A stretch of DNA of 64,000 nt, from assembly GCA_002269645.1 (NCBI GenBank), contig NIVC01002449.1:108834-172833 (forward strand), in the 5' to 3' direction. Of the stretch, positions 27,631 through 38,877 are shown piece by piece; positions within the stretch are counted from its first letter, which is position 1; each line of letters opens with the position of its first letter. Origin of the DNA: Macrostomum lignano. Taxonomy: Eukaryota. The notes beneath the pieces were generated by a model, which did no database searches, was not told the DNA's origin, and saw only the letters and a program-made list of their open reading frames with translations. The position numbers were made by a program, and so were the translations under genes.

Positions 27631-28021
27631 TGTACTTGGTGTTATCAATTATAATTTATTATTATTGACGTAAATTTCGTTTAGCTAAGTGCATGATGTT
27701 CAAATTTAAATCGAAATGAGATCACTCGGCCGTCATTTGTTCTGTTAGGGCGGTCCAGCAGTCCGAGGTTCTTTCCTGACCGCCTGAAGCTACAGCGTTG
27801 TTCCAGGCAGTGGTCGTGACCGTCCTGGACCGTGACAACGCTGAGACCCATGCAAGACTGAAGTATAGAAGGATGCTACACTGCCGGTTTCTTAGGAATA
27901 AGCTGGATGCTGGTAGAGAACGAATATGTCTATATAGCTAGTGCAATTAGATCCAAGTAAAAGTTCTACGGGAACATCATGAGTCGTTATTCTGATCGAA
28001 ATTACAAACCTTTTGAAACTG

Positions 28022-28325
28022 CAACAACAACAACAACAGAATACGCAGGTTAGCGTCACAGGGCGCGCTTCAAGGCCAGGTCGTGGATAAACGCCATGCC
28101 GCCGGCCGAATCCGGGGCGCCGGCGTCAGCCAGCAGGCAGTCGATGAAACGCCGAGTGCGCGCCTGTCCCCGCCGGTAGGGTGCCTGCAGCGTCAGCAGC
28201 AGCACCTCCTGCACCCACCGGCTCTGGGCAGTCCGACTCGGCGCGGATGATGTGGCCTGCCAGCTGGAGTCGCCGACGCCGCAGCAGGTCGCTTGGACGG
28301 ACCAGGCCGGCGCGGCGATACAAAG
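28022..28325 (-). mobile_element. 5'-truncated RTE-like LINE 3' end
   Basis: Translation LRRRRLQLAGHIIRAE...LLLTLQAPYRRGQARTRRFIDCLLAD matches the RTE C-terminal RRLxxAGH...RGRP pattern; (GTT)n tail. Confidence 0.7.
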
Positions 28326-29423
28326 CCGATCTTTAGCATCTTCAGCATGAAACTTCAATATGATGTAAAGAATCTAGCTATCTATTTAAATAAATCTGTT
28401 ATGTTTTCTCGGTTAATTTCCATGCTTACATGAATAAAGTTCGAAGAAAAGTGGACTGCGGTGGAGATTAGCTACACCTGTAGATTTAAGTTTTTTTCTA
28501 AAAAAAATCGAATGACATGAAGTAGGCTTTCACCATAGACAAATTGGACTACGAAAATTAACCTTAAATGCACATAAGGCATTGAATCAGATGACCTTTC
28601 GCCAGAAATTTGTGTTGCTGCTTGTGGGTCTATGGTCGTATGTAGCTACGATGTATAGCTTTTGTCGGGCTCTATGGAACAGTGGGCATGCAAAAGGAAA
28701 GGGCTATAGAATTTTATGGCTTGAATTAACTTACGAAAGCAAGCCATAGACAACCCGATTTGTCATGCACTGGAACGATGAGCCAGAATAGAAGGAACGA
28801 TTTGAATTTTATTTGAGGAAAGAATAAAAAAAACTGAATCAATAAAGCCTACTTTGTCAGAGATTGAAAGCATCAAAATTTACAAAAAACCAACTCTCAA
28901 AACTGATGTCGCTGCAGAGTCTGCTAGTGCTAAATGGCAGCTTTGAACCTGCAGTCTTGTTTTTTTTAGAATCTTGACTGCATGCGGTAAACTTTGAATC
29001 GGATACTCTTACACAACCCTTCGTCGACGGTCTAAGGCGGCGACGATGTGCTGTCGATCATGTACAGAAATTTAAATAGAGCTTAAATCCGTTCCGTTTC
29101 GCATGCCCACTGTTGCACATAGCACGACAGAAGCAATATTTGATCAACTTTTAAACTAAACACGCATGCGTTCACTTGCTTCATACACAACTTTAGGCCC
29201 TTAGAAGAAGGATAGGAACAAGCCAATTTTACTTTAAAAGATAAAAACAAAACAATTTGTCTGACTTAGCGTATTTTAAGGCAATAAAGCATTTAATAAC
29301 ATTTCCAAAATTTTAAAGTGTTGTAAAACACTGAAATGTTTGTAACGATTTAGCAAACTTCAATCCTTAATAAAACTTCAATATCTTAACGATTCCCATG
29401 TATATCGGAATGTTTATGTATGT

Positions 29424-30047
29424 TTGAACGGGAGTACGACGTTTGCTTGCGGAATTTTGCCTGCCGAACTTTGCTTGCCGAACTTTTCTTGCCGAACTTT
29501 GCTTGCCGAACTTTGCTTGCAGGAATTTTACTTGCCGAACTTTTCTTGCAGGAAATTTGCTTGCAGGAATTTTGCTTGCCGAAGTTTGCTTGGAGGAACT
29601 TTGCCTGCCAAACTTTGAGTATCCGAGCGTTGGGTATCCTTACGAGTCATGATATATGTAGCAATTCACAGATCGGTGGTACAGTCTTTTGCAAAAAATC
29701 TGTTCTGTACAGTTCACTGCCTAAATCATTCGATATGTGCATTGTTCGAAATCGTGTCCAATTTTTTTGATGAAAATATATTCCCAGTAAAAAACTAAAT
29801 TGTTCCATTTCTGCGTTAGGGCTTTTCAAATCCGCCATATCCTCATACAAAATCATAACACTATAGGCGACTTCCAAGAATCTTAGAAAATGAAAATTAG
29901 AAATACACAAGAACTCAAAAATAGGTTCTTAAAGAGCAAGAAAACTTTGGCTGGAAAACCTCGGCAAGCAAAATTCGGCAAGCAAAGTTCGGCAAGCAAA
30001 GTTCGGCAAGCAAACTTCTCGCAAGCAAATTTCATAGACCCGTTTAA
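29424..30047. mobile_element. MITE/foldback-like non-autonomous element with subterminal (GAACTTTGCTTGCC) repeats
   Basis: Left end TGTTTGAACGGG...TTTGCTTGCCGAAC repeats are mirrored by GGCAAGCAAAGTTC repeats ...CCCGTTTAAACA at the right end. Confidence 0.75.
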
Positions 30048-30471
30048 ACACTTCACAAGCAGAAATATTTTTGTTTTGTCTGAGAAAAAAAGCATTTTGT
30101 TTAGCTCTTTTTTTCAAAAGAAGTACTTTAGCGAAAGATACAGCGCAGTTATTCAATTCAGTTGAGTGATAATAGTTGTCTATCTGAATTCTGCTTATGC
30201 AAACTTGCATAGCGCTTATATACAGCAAGTTTTCTTATCAAGTTGCACAACCATATCTTCTAGAAGACCTGGCGGCAGCCGAATACGTAGTTCAGTGGCC
30301 TAGATTTTAGCCCGAGTCTGCCCAAACCATTCACTGATAAGGATAAGACAACTCCACTGACATTCGTGATTTTAATAGCAAATTGCGAACCGTTTGCAAT
30401 CTGCCAAGCGTTTCGACTTTGTTATGGTATTTCTCAGCTGGTGCTAACTAGAAAATTTTTCAGTGCCAGAC

Positions 30472-31263
30472 ATGCAGCACCTGGCCAGAATCAGCCGTAA
30501 GTCGCTGTCGCAGACACCGGCGGTGCTACTTCGCAGCCTGTCGTCATCTGCTCCCCAGGTGCCGCAGCCGCAGCGCAACCCGGAGGTGAAATTCAACAAA
30601 CTCTTCATCAACAACGAATGGGTTGACGCCGTCTCCGGTAAGACTTTCCCGACGGTGAACCCAAGCACCGGTCAGGTGATCGCGGAGGTGGCCGAGGGTG
30701 ACAAGGCCGATATCGACCGGGCTGTGGTCGCGGCTAGCGAGGCCTTCCGTCTGGGCTCTCCGTGGCGCAGGATGGACGCTTCGGGACGAGGTGTCCTGCT
30801 GAACCGGCTGGCTGACCTGATGGAGCGGGACAAGGTCTACTTGGCGGTGAGTCTGTTATAGCAAGAAGCTAAAAGCAGTGAAGAACTCAAAATTTAGAGT
30901 CGCCATCACAAAAGTTTCCGTCTGTGGTCGCCACTTTTGAGAGTGCAGGTGAAGTCTCTCAATCTTGCGAGTGACGCAAATTAGCTGCAGCGTCTATCGC
31001 CTGGCCAACCATTTTGATATTAAAAAATGCTTGAGAAAAACAATGGAAACCGGGCAGAAGCATCAATCCATCCAGTCTTCGCCCTCCGCTCTTCCCAATC
31101 CCTCCTCACCCAGCCCAACTCTGCGTCGCGTGGCGCAAAGTTGCGTCACTCAAAAGTCAATACTGAACAAGAATTTACTGCGCACTGTCAAAGGTGGCGC
31201 GCGACTTTCTAATGTTGTTGAGTATATTTAATAAACTAAACCGAAAAAGTGCACAATATAGTA

Positions 31264-31333
<70 letters not shown>

Positions 31334-34300
31334 CCCTCAGTGCCAACTCAAAGCACCCTGAGTTGCTGTCCCCCCCACCGCTAGCAAGCTGCACATTCAA
31401 ACTAGGCTTGTGTGATTTAAGGTGTCGCTCGTTTTCCCTATGTAGGCAACGCTCTGATTACCAGAGCAACGGAATTGATAGGCAACATCTGCCTTCAGGG
31501 GAAGAGGCACAATTCCAACTTAAGTCTGCTAGCAAACCGACCAAGTCTTTGAGAAGATCGATCTTCTGAAAGATCTTATTGAAATCTTGAAAGAAATATT
31601 TGAGAAGATTCTTATATTGTGATTAAAGGTAATTCAGTAAACAAGATATGATGATGAAAGCATTTACCCAGCTTCCGCCGGATGTCTGTCATATCAAAAG
31701 CACAACTGACGCATCCTTTTCGTTCTTTTAAACAACAGTCCTGCAATTGTTAATGCTTCAATTGGTGGCTTACTTCTTACTTTTTTCTTGGATTGTCCAG
31801 GGTTTAAGTATAAAATCCTCAACCCAATTCCTTTATAAGATTTTATTAATCCTCATTATACTCGTTGTGTTCAATCAAATTTAGTCAAAGTCATCATTAA
31901 CAAAATTCCAAAAAACACATTGCAGTCGCTTGAATCTCTCGACAATGGCAAGCCGTATACAAATTCATTTCTGGCTGATGTTGAATTAAGCATCAAATGC
32001 TACCGGTGAGTTTTTCAGTTAGTAGTATAATGTGAAAGTCTCTATTTTCAGGAGCTTTTACAGTTTATTATATGCGCTTACTTTACTTTAATTTACGATT
32101 AGCAAGTAAAAGGCGGCTGTACATGAGCGTGAGCGTGAGCGTGTTTATGAGTGTGTATGAGCGTGTATGAGTGTGTATGAGTGTGTATGGGTGTGTATGT
32201 GTGTGTATGAGTGTGTATGAGTGTGTATGAGTGTGTATGAGTGTGTATGAGTGTGTATGAGTGTGTATGAGTGTGTATGAGTGTGTATGAGTGTGTATGA
32301 GTGTGTATGAGTGTGTATGAGTGTGTATGAGTGTGTATGAGTGTGTATGAGTGTGTATGAGTGTGTATGAGTGTGTATGAGTGTGTATGAGTGTGTATGA
32401 GTGTGTATGAGTGTGTATGAGTGTGTATGAGTGTGTACGCTCGTATGAGTGCACTTGTGTGCCCTCAGCAGTTAGCAGAATGGGAAGAACATCTTCGAGT
32501 CACAGTCACCTCATATTGATCAAATCCTAAGGTACTACGCTGGCTGGGCCAACAAAAACCACGGCAAGACGATCCCAATTGACGGCGAGGGATTCTGCTT
32601 CACTCGTCACGAGCCCGTTGGAGTTTGCGGCCAAATTATCCCGTGGAATTTCCCCCTGCTGATGCAGGCCTGGAAGCTGGGCCCGGCGCTCAGCATGGGC
32701 AACACTGTGGTGATGAAGACGGCTGAGCAGACACCGCTGACTGGGAACTACATAGCCCAGCTGACCAAAGAGGCTGGTTTTCCCCCGGGCGTGGTTAATA
32801 TTGTGTCGGGATTCGGGCCTACGGCGGGAGCTGCTCTAGCCAAGCATAACGATGTAGATAAGGTGATTTGATAGCTGCTCTGTCTCGCCGTTGTCACGTA
32901 TTCTTTGCGATGCTTTTGGTTCCGTACCCTCTAAAGCAAGTATTGCTTAGTCTGACATCGATTAGCAAGTTATTTGGCATTCTTAACAAATGCAGTACAG
33001 CAGTTATTATTGCTCAAACTAAGCCGTTTATTATTCATATTCGAGGCAAGGGCGGTGTGCACCATGGCGAATTTTAAGCGATATTACCATTCAACCGGCG
33101 AGAGGCATAACTGCTCATTCCGCCGACTCCTCTGAGAATGCACACACCGTCGAAATTTCACAATATCGAAATACACTGGAGAGATACATATAAGGAGACC
33201 CCGCGAGCCCGAAAATTTGGGTTTATGAAATTTCTAGCTTATGAAAGACAGCGTCTTTCGACGTTGTGAAATTTGGGTTCGGGAAACGGACCCCACCGAG
33301 ATTATTCCAATTTAGCCTCAAATTAATGTGACTGCAATTGGAATCGAGCCTGGGCCGCTGGCACATCAGAGCGTTGTTCTAGACCACTGGACTACGGCCC
33401 CTCAAACTCAACCATAGAAGAACTGCATAGTTATCCTGCATATGCATTTCGTCCTTCATATAAGGCTTTTTTAACCCGGCCGGCACATTCTCCCTCAGAT
33501 TGCCTTCACTGGCAGCACCGAGGTCGGTCGGCTCATTCCCCAGTACGCCGGCCAGAGCAACCTGAAGCGCATCACCCTCGAACTCGGCGGCAAGAGTCCA
33601 AATGTAATCTTCGCCGACGCCGATCTTGAGTACGCAGTTGAGAAGTCGCACTTTGCACTGTTCTTCAACCAGGGCCAGTGCTGCACCGCTGGCAGCAGGA
33701 CATTCGTTGAAGAGTCCATCTACGACAAGTTCGTCGAGATGAGCGTCGAACGAGCCAAGAAGCGCACAGTTGGCGATCCGTTCGACTTCAACACGGAACA
33801 GGGACCACAAATTGACAACGAACAGATGAGCAAGATCTTGGAACTGATCAATAGCGGCAAAAGTCAGGGCGCCAAGCTGCTCACCGGAGGCGGTAGGCAT
33901 GGCGATGCCGGGTTCTTTGTCCAACCGACCGTGTTCTCTGACGTTAAGGTTAGAGTAGTACATGTAGACTGCATGCTTGAATAGCAATAAAGTCATAGGC
34001 CTAATTTAAGGGTGTTGCTACAGTGTCAGTAAGACTAGGCGTTGATGATGTCACTTGGACCTCGATACAGTAACACGTTGGTGACTCTTAGCTTGAGGGC
34101 AATACTAAAGTGCCTTAGCTAGCTGTATTGAATACGAATGCATGCACTGATCTATTGCCCTTTCAAATACTTCAGGACGAGATGCGAATCGCTCAGGAAG
34201 AGATCTTCGGCCCCGTAATGCAGATTCTCAAGTTCAAGTCTACAGACGAGCTGCTTGAACGCGCCAACAGGACAATGTACGGCCTCGCGGCTGGAGTGTT

Positions 34301-35469
34301 TACACGCGATCTAGACAAGGCGATGCACGTTATGCAGGTGTGAAAGTGACACCTTCTGATGAGCTTATGATGGATCCTAAGAGATGGAAGTCTCCGTGTA
34401 TGCAGTGATTTGAGTCTAGAGTTGATGAGAGTGTAATAAGGTAGAGTAGAGTGCGTTATCCATTGATTCGATTAAGGTAGATTAAAGTTAAATGGATTCC
34501 AGTAGAATACAAGCAGAGTATGGCATATTTTGTATGAGTACGTCAGGGATAACTAAAGTAAAACAAAATAGAAAAAAATCTTTAAAAATACTAGATTTAA
34601 GTAGACTAAACTAGGCCTAAAAAACGAGCAGGTAAAACTAGAATATCTCCGATTAAAACGTACCCGTTAAAACGTAAAACGTTTTTTATTAATTAAAAAT
34701 TACTAATTTTAAGAGCCTGACGATGCCTGACGCGAGGCGAAACATGTCGCATAAAAAATGATAGCGCTTACCTTCTTAATTCTACGATTTTATAACTGAC
34801 GTGACGCGCGTCTGACGTGACTTGACAACATTCGCCTCTTCGTAGCGTTTGAGTCGTTAAAAAGTCACGAGAGTTGCCCCAGAGTCACTAGAGTTATTTG
34901 CAATGACTCTTTAGCAATTCTTGTCATGGTAACGTCTTCAACTGGATCATCATTACCAGGTCCGTAGACACTATGGCCATTGATGCACCCATTTTCGACA
35001 GCGACTCCTTCGAGAAGATCTGGTGATAATGAGAAATCCTCGCCATCTCCTTCGATCCAAGGCTATCCAGCTGCACAATCCTGTCTTCACTCCATTCCTT
35101 CAGATTGTCACCTTGCGGCCTGCCTTTCCCGCATCATCACTCAACACCACCTTCAACCACAGCCTTTAGCACTCCATCAATTCTCACAACACGCCTGAAT
35201 AAGCGGAATTTCCTTTCTAGTTAAACTTAAATGTCATTGAATTCATGACACTAAAATTGTTCGTTTAAACAATAGAACTCCGTTTAATCATCATGCAGGG
35301 CCTTCGCGCCGGCACGGTGTGGATCAACGACTACGACTACTTCGATGCTGGGGCTCCGTTCGGCGGCTTCAAAATGTCCGGCAGCGGCCGCGAGCTCGGC
35401 GAATACGGCCTGCAGGCCTACACGGAGGTCAAGACAGTCACCATGCGGGTGCCGCAGAAGAACAGCTAG
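30472..35469 (+). CDS. ALDH2: Mitochondrial aldehyde dehydrogenase, ~522 aa; exons 30472-30846, 31926-32005, 32532-32862, 33499-33948, 34176-34337, 35299-35469
   Basis: Continuous spliced frame containing a transit-peptide-like N-terminus, [33 protein letters not shown] (catalytic Glu), [12 protein letters not shown] (catalytic Cys), EEIFGPV and a VPQKNS C-terminus. All junctions are GT-AG and phase-consistent. Confidence 0.95.
31266..31330. repeat. (GA)n microsatellite
   Basis: Direct reading. Confidence 0.97.
32125..32450. repeat. 10-bp repeat (GTGTGTATGA)n in ALDH2 intron 2
   Basis: Direct reading. Confidence 0.97.
33040..33402 (-). mobile_element. tRNA-derived SINE (family B) in ALDH2 intron 3
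   Basis: The reverse complement shares its head (GTAGTCCAGTGGTCTAG...GGCTCGATTCCAATTGCAGTCACATTAATTTG) and tail (GAGTCGGCGGAATG.GCAGT.ATGCCTCTCGCCGGTTG) with 49787-50150; the middle differs. Confidence 0.75.
34715..34750 (+). ncRNA. Minimal type I hammerhead ribozyme motif (Penelope-like element type)
   Basis: CTGACGA (34717-23), T, stem II GCCT/AGGC with a GACGCG loop, GAAA, palindromic ACATGT stem III, GTC cleavage triplet (cut after 34748). Stem I is weak (2 bp plus imperfect extension). Confidence 0.65.
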
Positions 35470-36086
35470 CTAGAAAACAAACTGAGCTGTGACTTGAAAT
35501 TTAAACTGTCAGACTATTTTCATCACTGCGTACGAATACTACAGCAGTAAACCTCTCGATACCTGGTGAATTTTTTTGTCAAATTAAAACAATTAATTTA
35601 TTCATTCAATTTCATAAAGATTAAATAAATTACTCTGTGGAAGCTATCAAGTTATAATCTTATTTAGTGCGGTTACAGGCAAAAAATATTCTGATCACAC
35701 GTCTTTAACTGTATTTAGCCTCCTTTTACGCCAGATGTACGAGTATGCCTACGCTCGTAATCGCTCTTTTATTGGCGTTTTAAACGAGTATTCACAAATT
35801 TTATTAATATTAGTTAACGCGATACTATACCTCTGAATTGTCTTTATAAGTGAAAAGTTAAAAAAATGACCCAGTTTACTTTCTGAAATAACTTCCTTGT
35901 CAGTAAGCTTAACAGGCGGAAATAATAACTGACGAGAATCAATAACAATGTAGAGCTTGATATTGAACCTGTTTTGATATGGAAACATACGTAGACAGTA
36001 GCATTATTTTTTAAAGTTTATTCACAGTTCTGTTTTTCCCCAAGTGTTAAGTTCCATCGGCCAACTTTTGTCACACCTTTGTTTTT

Positions 36087-37069
36087 TCACCATGTCGCCT
36101 CAAAAGCCAGATGAAGAATAGACTGGTGCTCTGAAGACTCCAGCATCTCCGAACACTCACCTACAGTCTTGTCGTCTTCTTCTCGTACAGATTGAGCTAA
36201 GTCAGTTATATCTGACGCTGAGCCTTCTACTTCAAGTAGTATTTCAGTTGCAGAAGCGTCAGTCGAGACGTTTGGTTCTGCATCTTGTTGTTTGAACGAG
36301 TCAGAACGATAAGTTCTTGGACGGGGCACTGGAGGAGAATTCGAAGCTGGCTTTGTATGCATTTCAGCAGTTGATGAAGCTTCGGCGAGTCGGCGCTGGA
36401 GTCTTCTTGTGCGGACAATGAGCCAAAGGTTCTTGGACGAGGCACCGGAAGAGGAGCTGGAGATAGCGTCTGCAGCTCTGTCGGCTCGGATGGCATCATC
36501 ATGCTGAAATCTGGTGGCAGCGTATTCAACCTTCTGTCGCGTCCCCGCTGGCCAGCTTCCTTCAACTGCTTCAGCTTTCGCTGGTAGCGATCCGCGAGTT
36601 GTTCAGCCTCTGCCAGGCGCAGGACCAGCTCCTTCTGGTCTCGCCGCGACTCTCGCAGCCGAGCTTTCGCCTGCATGAGCTCCTGCTGATGCGCTACAAG
36701 ATCGTTCAACATTGCTTCAGCGTGAGATTCAGAGTCGTTTTTGCTCTCTTTGAGCTCCGCAATGCTTCTGTTAGCTTGTTTGGTCTCCTCTTTAGCGGCA
36801 TTCTTATCTGCTTGAAGTTGTTCAAGTTGCGCCTTAAGATAAGCCAGCTCGTCCTTCTCTGTGCAGTCTGATGAGGCAAAGAAAATCTTAGTCAGGTCGG
36901 TGGTCACATCGGAAATGCTGCGACGGCACTGGGCGCACACCGGCCGCTGTTCAAGCCACGGCAGGGCGCACTCCTGGTGAAACACGTGACCGCAGGGCAG
37001 CGCCACGCATTCGATGCTTGAGTCGGCATCGTCCAGTCGGTTTAGACAGATTGGGCAGATTAGAGGCAT
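36087..37069 (-). CDS. TRAIP-like RING-H2 + coiled-coil E3 ligase, intronless, with a probable frameshift at ~36365-36430
   Basis: CPIC...PCGHVFHQECALPWLEQRPVCAQC RING followed by KIFF and a coiled coil. The PVPRPRT(F/Y) motif is repeated in two different frames (ORFs 36227-37069 and 36087-36362). Confidence 0.8.
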
Positions 37070-37447
37070 TTTTGGGTCATGTTAAGTAAGTAAGCAGCTT
37101 GAAAATTTTGCTTTTGTATTTACGTCTATCCTTTTTTATATCGCTTCGTGTTTACGTCTATCATACCGTTTTAGAAAGCGAGTGACAGTATCCCAGATTC
37201 CACACTCGCCTTTCCAACTCAGCGGCACAATGTACGCAGATAAAGCAAACAAGACAGAATTTCGAACAATAGAAAGCTCAGGAGTAAGTGCTCAAAATAA
37301 GAGGAGATGTTCGCAAGTTTAATGCTCCAGTATCTAACTGACACGAAAGCAGAGCTTCGACCTCATTGATATAAAAATTAGTTAAATATACTTACAGTCT
37401 TTAATGCCTGAAATATTGATGTAGCTTATTTGTGCTATGGCTATAGG

Positions 37448-37735
37448 CGGGGGGGGGTTAAAGCCTAGTGGTCAGAGCGTCGGACTCACGTCTTGAAGGT
37501 CGGGGGCTCGATTCCCTGATCCCACAAGAACAATTTGTGTCCTTGAGCAAGACACAACTCTGTATTGCTTCAGTTCACTCAGCTGTAAAATGGGTGCCAA
37601 CATTAGCTGGGTAAATTGAGGGTGTGTGTGGTGACCCTCTAGTCCTTGAACTGGGTCATCAGATGCGCCACGCAATAGCTGCGCCTGAGCTGTCGGTTGC
37701 ACCCAATCGGGTCAGGTGTAATAAAAAAACTAAAA
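37448..37735 (+). mobile_element. CORE-like tRNA SINE (family A)
   Basis: A/B boxes, CORE-like domain, a 3' domain shared with the 50165 copy, and an A-rich tail. Confidence 0.8.
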
Positions 37736-38877
37736 AATATGGCTATGCGTAAGCAAATAGACGCGTTTTGAAAAAAAGTTCTCTGCAATGAAGTTCAATG
37801 CGAAATATTTACTAACTCGATTGGCGTACTCAGATGGGGCCAGGGCGGCCACCCAATCTCCGATGTAAATTAAAGAGGCAACCATGTTCGACGATTGACT
37901 GGAGCTTAACTTTTGTCACCTCTTGGACATTGCATTCCCGTCCTAGGAGACAGTAGTAGGGGCCCACCAAAAGACAAAGGCGGTCATCAAGAGACAGGAC
38001 GCCCACCAAGAGACAGGGGCGTCCACTAAGAGTCAGGGGCGCCAACAAAAAGACAGGGGGCGCCCACCAAGGGCTGAAAATATCCCTCGGGAAAGATCTA
38101 CATCGTATGTAAAGTAAGGAATTGATAGATTGCATTTTACTACAAGGGACAAGGAAATTAAGGTAAAAATCTTGATTTTTAATTGCATTTGCATCTATTT
38201 ACGCAGCCTATAGGCTACGAAAATTTGATTAACAGCTAAAAAAACAAACACAAACGTCCGAAAATATGTACTATACTCTATAGTTTAATAGTACATTTGG
38301 GTGCTTCCCTATACCAGCGTATGGGATGGAAGACGAAAATCCGCTGAATCAGATGATGGATTTGTCATGGATTTATAGCGTCCTTCTACTTCACTTTTCA
38401 ATGACTATAGACATGTAGAGTTCAAGAAATTATATAAAGACATTCAAACGATGTCAATATTACTTGCTGCAGATTTTCGAAAGTAGTAAAATATGTAAAT
38501 ATATATTTATACTTAGTATAAATACTTAGAATAAATATATAGAAATTCAACGTAAGATCTATTTTGGGACTTAATGAACTGCAGGGCTGTACATTTTACA
38601 TCTACAGAATACTGTCTATCCAAGCACTTTGCCGGCTCTAAGAAGAGGCGAAAGAGCAGGTGAAAGAGAGCATTTTCTGCAATAAAGAGCATTTTATTTT
38701 GTACACTAGCTATCTGTACAGTACTTGCGATAGCGAAGCCTTGTCCTAAACCCAACAACGCCAGCAGACAGATAGCAATGCAAATTTTTCTATTTAGTCC
38801 TGCCATTTGGCACAAACGGACAAGCACCATGAGCTGCTGCAAAGTTTCTTTGGCATAATTAAATTACACGCAACAAA

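Noticed and set aside
27780-27920. RTE-like RT C-terminal fragment (related sequence at ~52980-53030)
   Set aside because: Too short and degenerate to delimit as a feature.
33379-33996. 205-aa minus-strand ORF
   Set aside because: Antisense shadow of ALDH2 exon 4.
37838-38085. Possible small hAT-like element with ~20-bp internal repeats
   Set aside because: No convincing TIR pair or TSD.
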